64,000 bases of DNA, taken from Gynuella sunshinyii YC6258. Lineage in GTDB: Bacteria; Pseudomonadota; Gammaproteobacteria; Pseudomonadales; Natronospirillaceae. The stretch lies in contig NZ_CP007142.1 in the NCBI RefSeq assembly GCF_000940805.1, positions 408,593 to 472,592 of the forward strand, read 5' to 3'. This document shows, in pieces, positions 55,930 to 64,000 of the stretch. The notes under the pieces are model-generated. The model saw only the letters and a list, made by a program, of their open reading frames with translations. It did not search any database and had not been told where the DNA came from. The translations under genes and the position numbers were made by a program. Every line of letters starts with the position of its first letter. Within the stretch, counting starts at the first letter, position 1.

Positions 55930-57499
55930 ATATGATTCGCAAGGTTCCGTGTGTCAGCACGGCAACAATCGTGAGAATAACGAGCAGCCTTCCCAATTGA
56001 TCCAATAGCTGGGATTGGTTTTGTCCTGGAATATACAAACCAGCAACTCTACCCAAACGACCTTCTCCGGTATGACATTGCTGACAACTCAGAGCCTGTT
56101 CTTTGGGAGCCACGCCATGATTGAGTGGCCACAGCATAGTCGTCTCGACAAATCCGACTTCACCGGAAAATTTCAGTCCTGCAGCTTCAGCGCCTGCCTG
56201 CAGCGATTTTTCCCAGCTGTAACCATTCCAGTAGGCCTCACGTCCACGACCAGCAAGCTGCATGGGTATCAGCTTCTGTTCTTCGGAGTCGTAAGGCAGT
56301 ATTGAACGGAATACATGGAAGGGGAAGATCTTGCTGTTCGTTTGTTCAGCACCACCCCCTATGGTTGTCATCATTACTGCTGTAGCCGGGTCGACCGGGT
56401 TGCCGGGTTTTGCAAATGTTATCTGGCCATCAAACCAACGATATTCCGGGCGCAGTGTTTCCCCATATTGCATGGCGCCTTTTTGCGATGCGTAAATTAC
56501 TCTGCCAGCTTCGTCATATTCAATAATCGGTTTACGACGACGATCTTTTTCACCAGCTTTAGACCAGTCCCAGAAGGTTTTGGTAGCCACACCTCCACGG
56601 GCATATGCCGGAATATGGCATGTCTGACAGGCAACCCGATCTGTGTGATCGTTCAACCGCTCATCCTGCATCGGTCTGTCTCCATGACAGGAAACGCAGG
56701 TGGCTCTCGCACCATTTAACGCATCCACACCTTTATCATCAATCGGGCTGTTTGCCTGATAACGACTCCCATACATTTGATGATCATTTCCCTGGTGGCA
56801 ACTGCTACAGGTCAAACTCGCGCCATCCGCACTGAGATGTACATCCAATTCATGACTGGCATTCAATAGAGAGCTGTCCAGGTCGCCATGCTTGGCGCCA
56901 TCCGCGCCGCCATCATGAAAATGACACGCACCACAAGCACTACTGGTCGTCATGCCTACTTGTTGCGCCATGGTCGTCAAAGTAACGGTAAACCGAGATG
57001 GCTGGTTCTTTGTCTGCTCTTTTAAGGCTTCTGCGCCATCATCGTGACAATTCAGACACTTAGCCCCATCCTGATGAAATTTGCTGTAAAAATATTCACC
57101 TGTAGTGTCATGGCACATCATGCAATCGACCACGCCATCCGGGCGAATACCACTCAGCTCCTGTTCTTCCAGACCATAACCAATATGGCAGTTATCACAG
57201 GAGTCCATATTCGAGGCCACGGAAGGATGATAGCTGTTCATAACATTCAGCTTTCCCTGTAGATGACCACTCTTATCTTCAAACTGCCAACGCCAGTGGA
57301 TGGTATTGTGTAGCTGAGCAGGAGCCTCCGTATGACAGGACACACATGCGTCATTCAACTGTTGCAGAGTCTCAAAATCCTGTTGCAGAACTTCGAATTT
57401 ATGGTGATCTGCTGTTCCTCCAGCCATCAACAACGGACTTGCCAGCAACAAAAGCAGCCACCGCATCATCCATCGCAGTGGCTTATTCAATACAGGCAT
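55892..57499 (-). CDS. Periplasmic multiheme c-type cytochrome (about nine CxxCH motifs)
   Basis: Signal peptide, then CVSCH, CDNCH, CMMCH, CLNCH, CGACH, CSSCH, CVSCH, CQTCH and CQQCH motifs. A C-terminal hydrophobic segment is present. Confidence 0.8.
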   Translation of the reverse strand: MPVLNKPLRWMMRWLLLLLASPLLMAGGTADHHKFEVLQQDFETLQQLNDACVSCHTEAPAQLHNTIHWRWQFEDKSGHLQGKLNVMNSYHPSVASNMDSCDNCHIGYGLEEQELSGIRPDGVVDCMMCHDTTGEYFYSKFHQDGAKCLNCHDDGAEALKEQTKNQPSRFTVTLTTMAQQVGMTTSSACGACHFHDGGADGAKHGDLDSSLLNASHELDVHLSADGASLTCSSCHQGNDHQMYGSRYQANSPIDDKGVDALNGARATCVSCHGDRPMQDERLNDHTDRVACQTCHIPAYARGGVATKTFWDWSKAGEKDRRRKPIIEYDEAGRVIYASQKGAMQYGETLRPEYRWFDGQITFAKPGNPVDPATAVMMTTIGGGAEQTNSKIFPFHVFRSILPYDSEEQKLIPMQLAGRGREAYWNGYSWEKSLQAGAEAAGLKFSGEVGFVETTMLWPLNHGVAPKEQALSCQQCHTGEGRLGRVAGLYIPGQNQSQLLDQLGRLLVILTIVAVLTHGTLRIIFAWRRKRNEPDN

Positions 57500-57505
57500 A
57501 GTGAG

Positions 57506-58609
57506 TTAAGGCCGATCGAGTTTTGGAACTGTCACTTTCTGACCAAGATCCATCACGGAATCATGCATCAGTTGCAGCACGTATGATGCGTTGTGCATAT
57601 AAGCGCCGTGATCTTTAAGCGCAAACTGATAGTTATAAGCCGCTTTGGCCAGTCTTGGAGTCCAGTGGCTATATCCGTTCTTGCGGTTGGCCTCATCTTC
57701 ATCAACCTTGCCATTGGCATTCAGGTCATTGAAGAAATAAGGGTAGGTATGTTCGTCATAGGCAATTCCGCTGCCGACCACATCTGTCGAGTAACGTGTC
57801 ATAACAGTAAGCAGTAATTCTTCCAGCCCTTGCACTTCGTACTTGATGCCCTCTTCAGTATTACCATCACCGTCGAAATCACCTTTGAGATCACGAATGT
57901 TGGCAAAGTCATCTTTAGTGACTACCGATTCATGGCAATCCTGACAACCCCGGGGATCGATTTTCAGGGTATGACTGTTATGGCAATCGTTGCATTGAGT
58001 GGACACTTCGTCGTGAAAGTAGAAGCCAGCATACTTCTGGCCGGAATACTGATAGCCACCGTGAGCTTCAGCACCAAAACGAGTCGCGCCAGCGGCACTG
58101 TAATGGATATTCAGGAATTTCAACTTGTCGGAGGAGGCGTCATCGGCCACAGCCGCTTCCTGTACCATTTTATCAACGGCGATACCGGAAGACCGACCCT
58201 GATGGCAGTCCATACATCGGGCGTCTGGCTCAAAACGTTCCACCTCGATACCCGATGGAAACAGCACCGCTTCTTTATGCAGCGTAGCAGTATTGTGGCA
58301 AGCGACACAGGCAACACCTTCCTCTATCGGTGCATCTTTTTCAACCGATCCTGCGGCACTGCCATCCACTCCGAGGAAATCAAGATGTCCTGTGGTGGAA
58401 TGGCATCCGGCACAATCTTTGGAGACTTTACCTTCATCATTCCAATGAGCAAAAGGCTCTGCCTCAAAGTCGGCATGGGGGGAACTCTGCCAGTCTTCCA
58501 GGAAAGGAATCTGGGGCAGCTTATGCTCTGCAGTTCGGGCAAAAAAGGATACAGCAACCAGAACAGTGAATACGGCAGTCAGGCATAAGGAACGTTTAGT
58601 ATGCATCAT
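57506..58609 (-). CDS. Periplasmic multiheme c-type cytochrome (about five CxxCH motifs)
   Basis: Signal peptide, then CAGCH, CVACH, CMDCH, CNDCH and CQDCH motifs. Confidence 0.8.
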   Translation of the reverse strand: MMHTKRSLCLTAVFTVLVAVSFFARTAEHKLPQIPFLEDWQSSPHADFEAEPFAHWNDEGKVSKDCAGCHSTTGHLDFLGVDGSAAGSVEKDAPIEEGVACVACHNTATLHKEAVLFPSGIEVERFEPDARCMDCHQGRSSGIAVDKMVQEAAVADDASSDKLKFLNIHYSAAGATRFGAEAHGGYQYSGQKYAGFYFHDEVSTQCNDCHNSHTLKIDPRGCQDCHESVVTKDDFANIRDLKGDFDGDGNTEEGIKYEVQGLEELLLTVMTRYSTDVVGSGIAYDEHTYPYFFNDLNANGKVDEDEANRKNGYSHWTPRLAKAAYNYQFALKDHGAYMHNASYVLQLMHDSVMDLGQKVTVPKLDRP

Positions 58610-59225
58610 ACAACAGTCCTCATTTCGTTATTGTAATAATCTCCGGCGACTACTCGATCAGGGGAAACCGGCACTGCTTATATTTAGTCTATTTATACCT
58701 ACAATGCCACTCAGGAAGCACATTGTTTTCTGCGGCAGATCAATGAGTTTGAAAATAAAGAGTTGTCATTGTTTTGGCCAGTATAAAAATGTATCCGTCT
58801 TTTGGGAGCCGTCTATTGTTTCAGCAGAATCAACTCAGATCTTCAGATCGATCGATAACTTAAAAGCATAGTCTGATGTTAATCATATCCCTGTCTGTCA
58901 TCTGATCGTCATCTGCAAAATAGTTGTTATCGTATTTACATATGTAGTCTGAAAACGGCTCAGACAACAGGTTTGAGAAGTGACACAAATCAGGTTGTGA
59001 CCGTTTCAAGCCTGAATTTTCCAGTCTGATCCAATTGCCTGTTTATGACCTATATGACACCAGTAACGACATTTGCTGTTACTTTTGTTATGGGAGTTTC
59101 ACTTTACAACGACACCGCTGTTACTATCCTGTCATATTTTTGCAAGATAATCTTCCTGGACATTCCGTATTTGGAACAGAACACCTTATCTGGTCCTGAT
59201 GATACTCATAATAAGAGGAGTCACC

Positions 59226-60338
59226 ATGAAAGTATCTCGACGCCAATTTGTGAAAGGTTCTCTTGCGGCCGGTATCGCCGCAACTTCTCCGTTTTACCTA
59301 AACCGTGCGCTGGCCGCATCCAAGGAACTACGTATTTATGCCTGGGCCGGTTATATCACTGATGAAATGCTCAAGGACTTCAAAGCCAAGACCGGTATCA
59401 ATGCCACGTTCACGCCTTATGGCACGAATGATGAGTTGATGAATTCTCTGCGCGCCACCGATGGAACGGGTTTTGACATTATCATGCCAACCGTTGACCG
59501 GGTTCCCGGTTACCTGGATTTCAATCTGATTCAACCACTGGATACCACCCGTATTAACTGGAACGGCTGTCTGGACAGCGCCATGAGCGGCTCGGAAGTC
59601 GGTGGTGTCATTGATGGCAAACGCTATTTTGCCCCATCGGATTGGGGTACTGAGGCCATTTGCTACAACACAGAAGAAGCCAGAGTTGACCCTAAAAACC
59701 TGAGTTATGGTGATTTGTGGAAACCTGAACACAATGGTGGCGTAACGGTTCGCGGCCATTCTGCACTTGTAGGTATCGGTCTTTGGCTTGAACAGCAGGG
59801 AAAATTACCGTTTCCATTGCTGGACTCTTATAAAAACGAAAAAGCCATGCGCGCCAACTTTGACGTCATTCTGAAAGCTGCAGTGGAACACAAGGGCATG
59901 ATTGCGCAATTCTGGTCAACCGAAAATGAAGCCCAGGGCGCATTTCGCACCAATGGCGCCATCATCGGCCAGACCTGGGACAGCACCGCGTTCAAACTGC
60001 AATCCGAAGGCGAACCCATCGCCTACGGGGCCCCCAAAGAAGGCGCACTGGCATGGATGGAAGGCTTTGTGATTCCTAAAAATGCCAATAATGTTGATGC
60101 AGTCTATGAATTCATAAACTGGTATTACACGCCCGAAGCCGGTGCCATGTTCGTGAAATCCACCGGATACAACTCAACATCAAAAGGTGCCGAGGCACTG
60201 TTACCAGAATCCACGAAAAAATTCTTTAGCAGCTCTTATTCTGAAAAAGATCTCGCCAATCTTTGGTGGTGGCCAATCCAGGAGCCCTGGTACGTTGCTT
60301 TACGTAACGAGTATCAGGATCGCTTTCTGTCTGCCTGA
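59226..60338 (+). CDS. ABC transporter substrate-binding protein, PotD/PotF family, with a Tat signal
   Basis: SRRQFVKGSLAAGIAATSPFYLNRALA twin-arginine leader. AGGAG RBS. SBP family-1 fold. Confidence 0.75.
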   Translation: MKVSRRQFVKGSLAAGIAATSPFYLNRALAASKELRIYAWAGYITDEMLKDFKAKTGINATFTPYGTNDELMNSLRATDGTGFDIIMPTVDRVPGYLDFNLIQPLDTTRINWNGCLDSAMSGSEVGGVIDGKRYFAPSDWGTEAICYNTEEARVDPKNLSYGDLWKPEHNGGVTVRGHSALVGIGLWLEQQGKLPFPLLDSYKNEKAMRANFDVILKAAVEHKGMIAQFWSTENEAQGAFRTNGAIIGQTWDSTAFKLQSEGEPIAYGAPKEGALAWMEGFVIPKNANNVDAVYEFINWYYTPEAGAMFVKSTGYNSTSKGAEALLPESTKKFFSSSYSEKDLANLWWWPIQEPWYVALRNEYQDRFLSA

Positions 60339-60424
60339 ACCCTGTCTACAGCCCCCGGACAATCATTGACGGGGGCTTTCCTAACAGAATGCAATATTCC
60401 GTCAATTAAAGGTTATCACGTCCA

Positions 60425-61507
60425 ATGGATAGCAGTATTCATCTTGACAATATCGTCATGCAATTTGGTGATTTCACCGCCGTGCAGCAGCTGGATCTGA
60501 ACATTGAATCCGGAGAATTTTTTAGTTTTCTGGGACCGTCCGGATGCGGCAAAACCACCATATTAAACATGATCAGTGGTTTTCTGCAGCCCACCCACGG
60601 AAATGTTTATATTGGCGGTCAGAACATGCAGGGTGTTCCAGCCAACAAAAGACCGACCTCCATGATTTTTCAGAATCTGGCATTGTTTCCTCTGATGAGT
60701 GTCGCTGAAAACATTGAGTTCGGACTTGAAGTCAGAGGTATTAAAAAAGCTGCACGAAAAAAAACCTCAGACCGTCTGCTGGAGCTGGTAGATCTGGCGG
60801 ATAGCGGCAATAAGAAGATATCCGAGCTGTCTGGTGGACAAAAACAGCGTATTGCCATTGCCCGGGCACTGGCGGTGGAACCCCAGGTATTGTTACTTGA
60901 CGAACCGCTTTCTGCGCTTGATCTCAAGCTGCGCCAACACATGCGCAACGAACTAAAAGAGCTGCAACGAAAAACCGGAATCACTTTTATTTACATCACT
61001 CACGATCAGGGCGAAGCACTCACCATGTCTGATCGGGTTGCAGTTATGTCCGCAGGAAAACTGCAACAGGTGGCTGATCCAATTACCCTGTATCGTCAGC
61101 CGAAGACTATTTTTGCTGCTGGATTTGTTGGTGAAAACAATGCGATTCGTGGCCGGGTGACGGATGTGAACGCTGAAAATATCACTCTCGACTGCGGTGA
61201 GCTTGGTCTGCTACAGGGCAATAATCCTGGCAATCTTAGTCGTGGTGAAGAAGCAACACTGTTTATCCGGCCGGAACATATTTCTCTCGACCATGAACAG
61301 CACACCAATCAACTCAGCGCCCGTATTGAAGAAATTAATTTCGAAGGTTCATACCTGACTCTGGTGGCTACAGCAAAGAACTTCGTCAAATTGACAGTAC
61401 AGATCAGCTCTGATCAGTACCTGGCGTCGATGGTGCCTCATAGTGAAATAAGATTATCTTTCAATCCTTCCGAAGCGATTGTGATTGCTGGAGGTGAGGA
61501 TGTTTGA
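60425..61507 (+). CDS. ABC transporter ATP-binding protein (PotA-like, with a C-terminal TOBE domain)
   Basis: Walker A GPSGCGKTT, signature LSGGQKQRIAIARAL, Walker B LLLDEPLSALD. Confidence 0.9.
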   Translation: MDSSIHLDNIVMQFGDFTAVQQLDLNIESGEFFSFLGPSGCGKTTILNMISGFLQPTHGNVYIGGQNMQGVPANKRPTSMIFQNLALFPLMSVAENIEFGLEVRGIKKAARKKTSDRLLELVDLADSGNKKISELSGGQKQRIAIARALAVEPQVLLLDEPLSALDLKLRQHMRNELKELQRKTGITFIYITHDQGEALTMSDRVAVMSAGKLQQVADPITLYRQPKTIFAAGFVGENNAIRGRVTDVNAENITLDCGELGLLQGNNPGNLSRGEEATLFIRPEHISLDHEQHTNQLSARIEEINFEGSYLTLVATAKNFVKLTVQISSDQYLASMVPHSEIRLSFNPSEAIVIAGGEDV

Positions 61508-62387
61508 TCAGCTGAGAAATCGTTTTGGCAGTGGTCTGGCGGTTGGCATTATTCTCATGATTGTCATCTGGCTCATCGGCATGGTGATTTTGCCCCAGGT
61601 GCTGATGATTGATTACTCTTTCCGGCCCAATCTGTTACCAGCGGAGCTCGGAGGTCCCAAAGACCACTATTCGCTAATCAATTATCAAACCCTGTTCAAT
61701 AATAAAATTCATCTGTCGATTTTTTTCAAGACCATCTGGTCAAGTGTATCTGTCACCATGCTAACGCTGCTGGTCTGTTATCCGCTGGCCTTTTATCTGG
61801 CCAAAGTGGCAACCCCCAGACAGGCCGCCATGTGCATGTTATTGCTCATTATTCCATTCTGGATTAATGAAATTTTACGAACCTTCTCCTGGTATATCAT
61901 TTTGGCCTACAAAGGCCCATTAAATGCACTGCTGCAGGCGTTAGGCCTGATTGAACGACCGATCCGGTTTTTAAATGGTAACGGTGGCGTCATGATCGGT
62001 ATGGTTTACGCCTATATTCTGTTTATGGTTTTTCCGATTTATAACGGTATTGAGAGCCTCGATAGCAATCAGATCAAAGCGGCCAGAAATCTTGGGGCAG
62101 GCTGGATTCGCACACATTGGCGCGTTGTCATTCCCCATGCCAAACCGGGTATCGCCACCGGCTGCATCATGACATTTATGCTGGCCGCTGGCAGTTATGC
62201 GGTACCGGCGCTACTTGGATCTCCCGGCAGCCGCTGGTTTACCCAGATCATCTACAACTGGTTCTTCGAAGGCGGCAACTGGAATCAGGGTGCGGCTTAC
62301 GCCTTCCTGCTGCTGTTGATCTGTATTGGCTTTATTGCGCTGGTCATGCGGATTTTCAAAGTCGGGCTGGGGGATATTGCCCGATGA
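61500..62387 (+). CDS. ABC transporter permease (PotB-like)
   Basis: Six TM helices and an EAA-like loop. RBS GGAGG. Overlaps the ATPase stop. Confidence 0.8.
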   Translation: MFDQLRNRFGSGLAVGIILMIVIWLIGMVILPQVLMIDYSFRPNLLPAELGGPKDHYSLINYQTLFNNKIHLSIFFKTIWSSVSVTMLTLLVCYPLAFYLAKVATPRQAAMCMLLLIIPFWINEILRTFSWYIILAYKGPLNALLQALGLIERPIRFLNGNGGVMIGMVYAYILFMVFPIYNGIESLDSNQIKAARNLGAGWIRTHWRVVIPHAKPGIATGCIMTFMLAAGSYAVPALLGSPGSRWFTQIIYNWFFEGGNWNQGAAYAFLLLLICIGFIALVMRIFKVGLGDIAR

Positions 62388-63175
62388 ACAGTCAAACGGT
62401 ATTACGCTGGAGCGTACGTTTTTATATTGGTTTTTTCTTTCTCTATCTGTTTATTCCCCTGATCATCATGGGCTTGGCAACCTTTAACGACAGCCGTTTT
62501 CCAACGATTTCTCCTTGGAAAGGGTTTACTTTGAAATGGTTCGCAGCACTCGCTCAGGATGGTGCCATGTGGCAGGCATTGCTGACCAGCCTGATCGTAG
62601 CGGTCGGGGTGCTGATAATAGCCCTGCCAATTGGGATCAGTTGCGCACTGTTTCTTTCCAGCGTCAATGGTCGCGCCAAGACCTTTCTATACTCCCTGAT
62701 GATGTCGCCGCTGCTGACCCCTGGTGTCATTATTGGCATATCCACTTTGATCTTCTGGCGCAGCCTGTCCGTTAATGGCGGTATGTTTTTAACCGTTGTG
62801 GCACAAACAAGTTTTATCAGCGCCTACGTCATGCTGATGATGCTGGCACGGTTACAGCGATTTGATCGCACACTGGAACAGGCAGCATTAAGTCTGGGAG
62901 CCACACAGTGGCAAACTTTCCGGCGAATTCTGTTGCCTTATTTACGACCGACCATGTTTTCCTCTGCCGTATTGACGTTTTTACAATCGTTTGAAAACTA
63001 CAATACGACCTTGTTTGTCAAAGGCTACGACACCACCCTGACGGTCTATATTGCCTCAAAAGTGCGGACCGGACTGACCCCGGCAGTGAATGCACTGGGT
63101 CTGACATTGATCGTCTTAACTGTTTTTTTTGCGGTAGTATACGAATTAAAACGGCGACACGATAAGAGTGCCTGA
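62384..63175 (+). CDS. ABC transporter permease (PotC-like)
   Basis: Start overlaps the upstream stop (ATGA). Six TM helices. EAA motif EQAALSLGATQWQTFRRILLP. Confidence 0.8.
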   Translation: MNSQTVLRWSVRFYIGFFFLYLFIPLIIMGLATFNDSRFPTISPWKGFTLKWFAALAQDGAMWQALLTSLIVAVGVLIIALPIGISCALFLSSVNGRAKTFLYSLMMSPLLTPGVIIGISTLIFWRSLSVNGGMFLTVVAQTSFISAYVMLMMLARLQRFDRTLEQAALSLGATQWQTFRRILLPYLRPTMFSSAVLTFLQSFENYNTTLFVKGYDTTLTVYIASKVRTGLTPAVNALGLTLIVLTVFFAVVYELKRRHDKSA

Positions 63176-63189
63176 CAAGGAGAAATGAA

Positions 63190-63223
63190 AAGCGCCTGAC
63201 CCACAGGGAACAGGCGCTTTTTA
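63190..63223 (+). terminator. Rho-independent terminator AAGCGCCTG-(12 nt)-CAGGCGCTT-TTT
   Basis: 9-bp stem plus a T tract 15 nt after the permease stop. Confidence 0.8.
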
Positions 63224-63497
63224 TATGGGATAGTGATTCAGCTCTGGTTGAAAACCAATTCAAACCTGACTCTCAGCAGGATCATCAGTCAGATCTTCAC
63301 GACCGGCTTGATTATCAGGTTAACAACCATTTTTTGCGTTCCGGACATAAACGTCCGTCAATACCATCCTTTGGATTCCCAAACTTCGTTATTATTCAGC
63401 GGACAGAATTCTTACATGCTGAGCATGATATACAAGCTGCACTGATGAACTGATTTAGCTGACATTCAGTCCCAACAAGGGAGAGCGCAACTATTGC

Positions 63498-63878
63498 TTA
63501 CTTAAGCTGAGTTGCAGAAATGAATTGGGGTTCACGACTGGCCCCAATGCTTTCCAGTTTAGCCAGATACTGCTGCCAGAGCGATGCCTGATCACGACAT
63601 AAATGCGCCAGATATTTCCAGTCATACAAGCCACTGTCGTGGCCATCACTGAACACAATTTTCAGCGCATAATTACCGGAAGGTTGAATATCCAGAATCT
63701 GCACCTGACTCTTGCCCACCTGCAGTTTTTCCTGACCGATACCATGACCACGAACCTCCGCGGATGGCGAATGCACCCGCAAAAACTCTGCACTCAGAGA
63801 ATTATGAGTACCATCCTCAAACGCCAGTTCCAGCATCTGGGATTTTTTATGAAAGTTAATTTTGCTTGGAAGTTTCAT
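63498..63878 (-). CDS. DUF971 (gamma-butyrobetaine hydroxylase-like N-terminal domain) protein
   Basis: 126 aa. LELAFEDG...LSAEFLRVHSPSAE...LKIVFSDGHDSGLYDWKYL matches the DUF971 pattern. Confidence 0.6.
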   Translation of the reverse strand: MKLPSKINFHKKSQMLELAFEDGTHNSLSAEFLRVHSPSAEVRGHGIGQEKLQVGKSQVQILDIQPSGNYALKIVFSDGHDSGLYDWKYLAHLCRDQASLWQQYLAKLESIGASREPQFISATQLK

Positions 63879-64000
63879 GGTTATACCAAGAAATATGGGA
63901 AAAATAGATAGAAGTACATACCATAAGAACCTGGCTAGGGCTTATTCACACTCATTTTATCGGCCTGTGAGTGAAACTGACCCTAGCACTTAAAGTGCAT

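Overview
This is a chromosomal window from a Gram-negative, proteobacterial-type genome of about 50% GC. The gene calls are supported by lipoprotein signals, Tat signals, a TolC-type outer-membrane factor and RtcR/RtcBA.

From 5' to 3' the window contains:
- Three tandem paralogous lipoproteins (positions 1-7633), each with an Ig-like (DUF5011-type) domain followed by a right-handed beta-helix; a degraded LysR fragment sits between copies as a duplication scar.
- A LysR regulator divergent from a TauE/SafE exporter.
- A Tat-secreted PhoD phosphatase and cysK.
- A sucrose/alpha-glucoside locus: sucrose phosphorylase, aglEFG-like ABC components, a GH13 alpha-glucosidase and a LacI regulator. No ABC ATPase is present.
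- A conflict/RNA-repair island spanning about 21.1-33.4 kb (described below).
- A MocR regulator divergent from an EamA exporter; an NhaP-type antiporter; a four-gene MacAB/TolC-like efflux operon; a NUDIX hydrolase; a LysE exporter; an AraC regulator.
- A short diverged SAHH-like protein.
- An 829-aa secreted CE8 pectinesterase-like multidomain protein.
- A roughly 5-kb AT-rich island (50.2-55.2 kb) carrying a 30-55 bp repeat family, lipoprotein genes, start-less C-terminal ORF fragments and an outer-membrane beta-barrel pseudogene.
- A multiheme cytochrome c / cytochrome b operon.
- A PotABCD-like ABC transporter whose binding protein has a Tat signal.
- A DUF971 gene.

The conflict/RNA-repair island is the part most worth follow-up. 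It combines a vWA - PP2C - Ser/Thr kinase triad (TerY-P-like) with rtcB-rtcA and a TerB-like gene. rtcR is displaced from rtcBA and instead sits divergently from a cassette made of a candidate sigma54 promoter, a 76-nt tRNA-like RNA (CAT anticodon, C1·A72 mismatch, encoded CCA), a second T-arm-like motif within a structured GC-rich leader, an SPFH/band-7 protein with no transmembrane segment, and a pol-beta-type nucleotidyltransferase. A band-7 plus tRNA-like RNA plus nucleotidyltransferase module associated with RtcB has been predicted computationally, but as far as I know it is experimentally uncharacterized.
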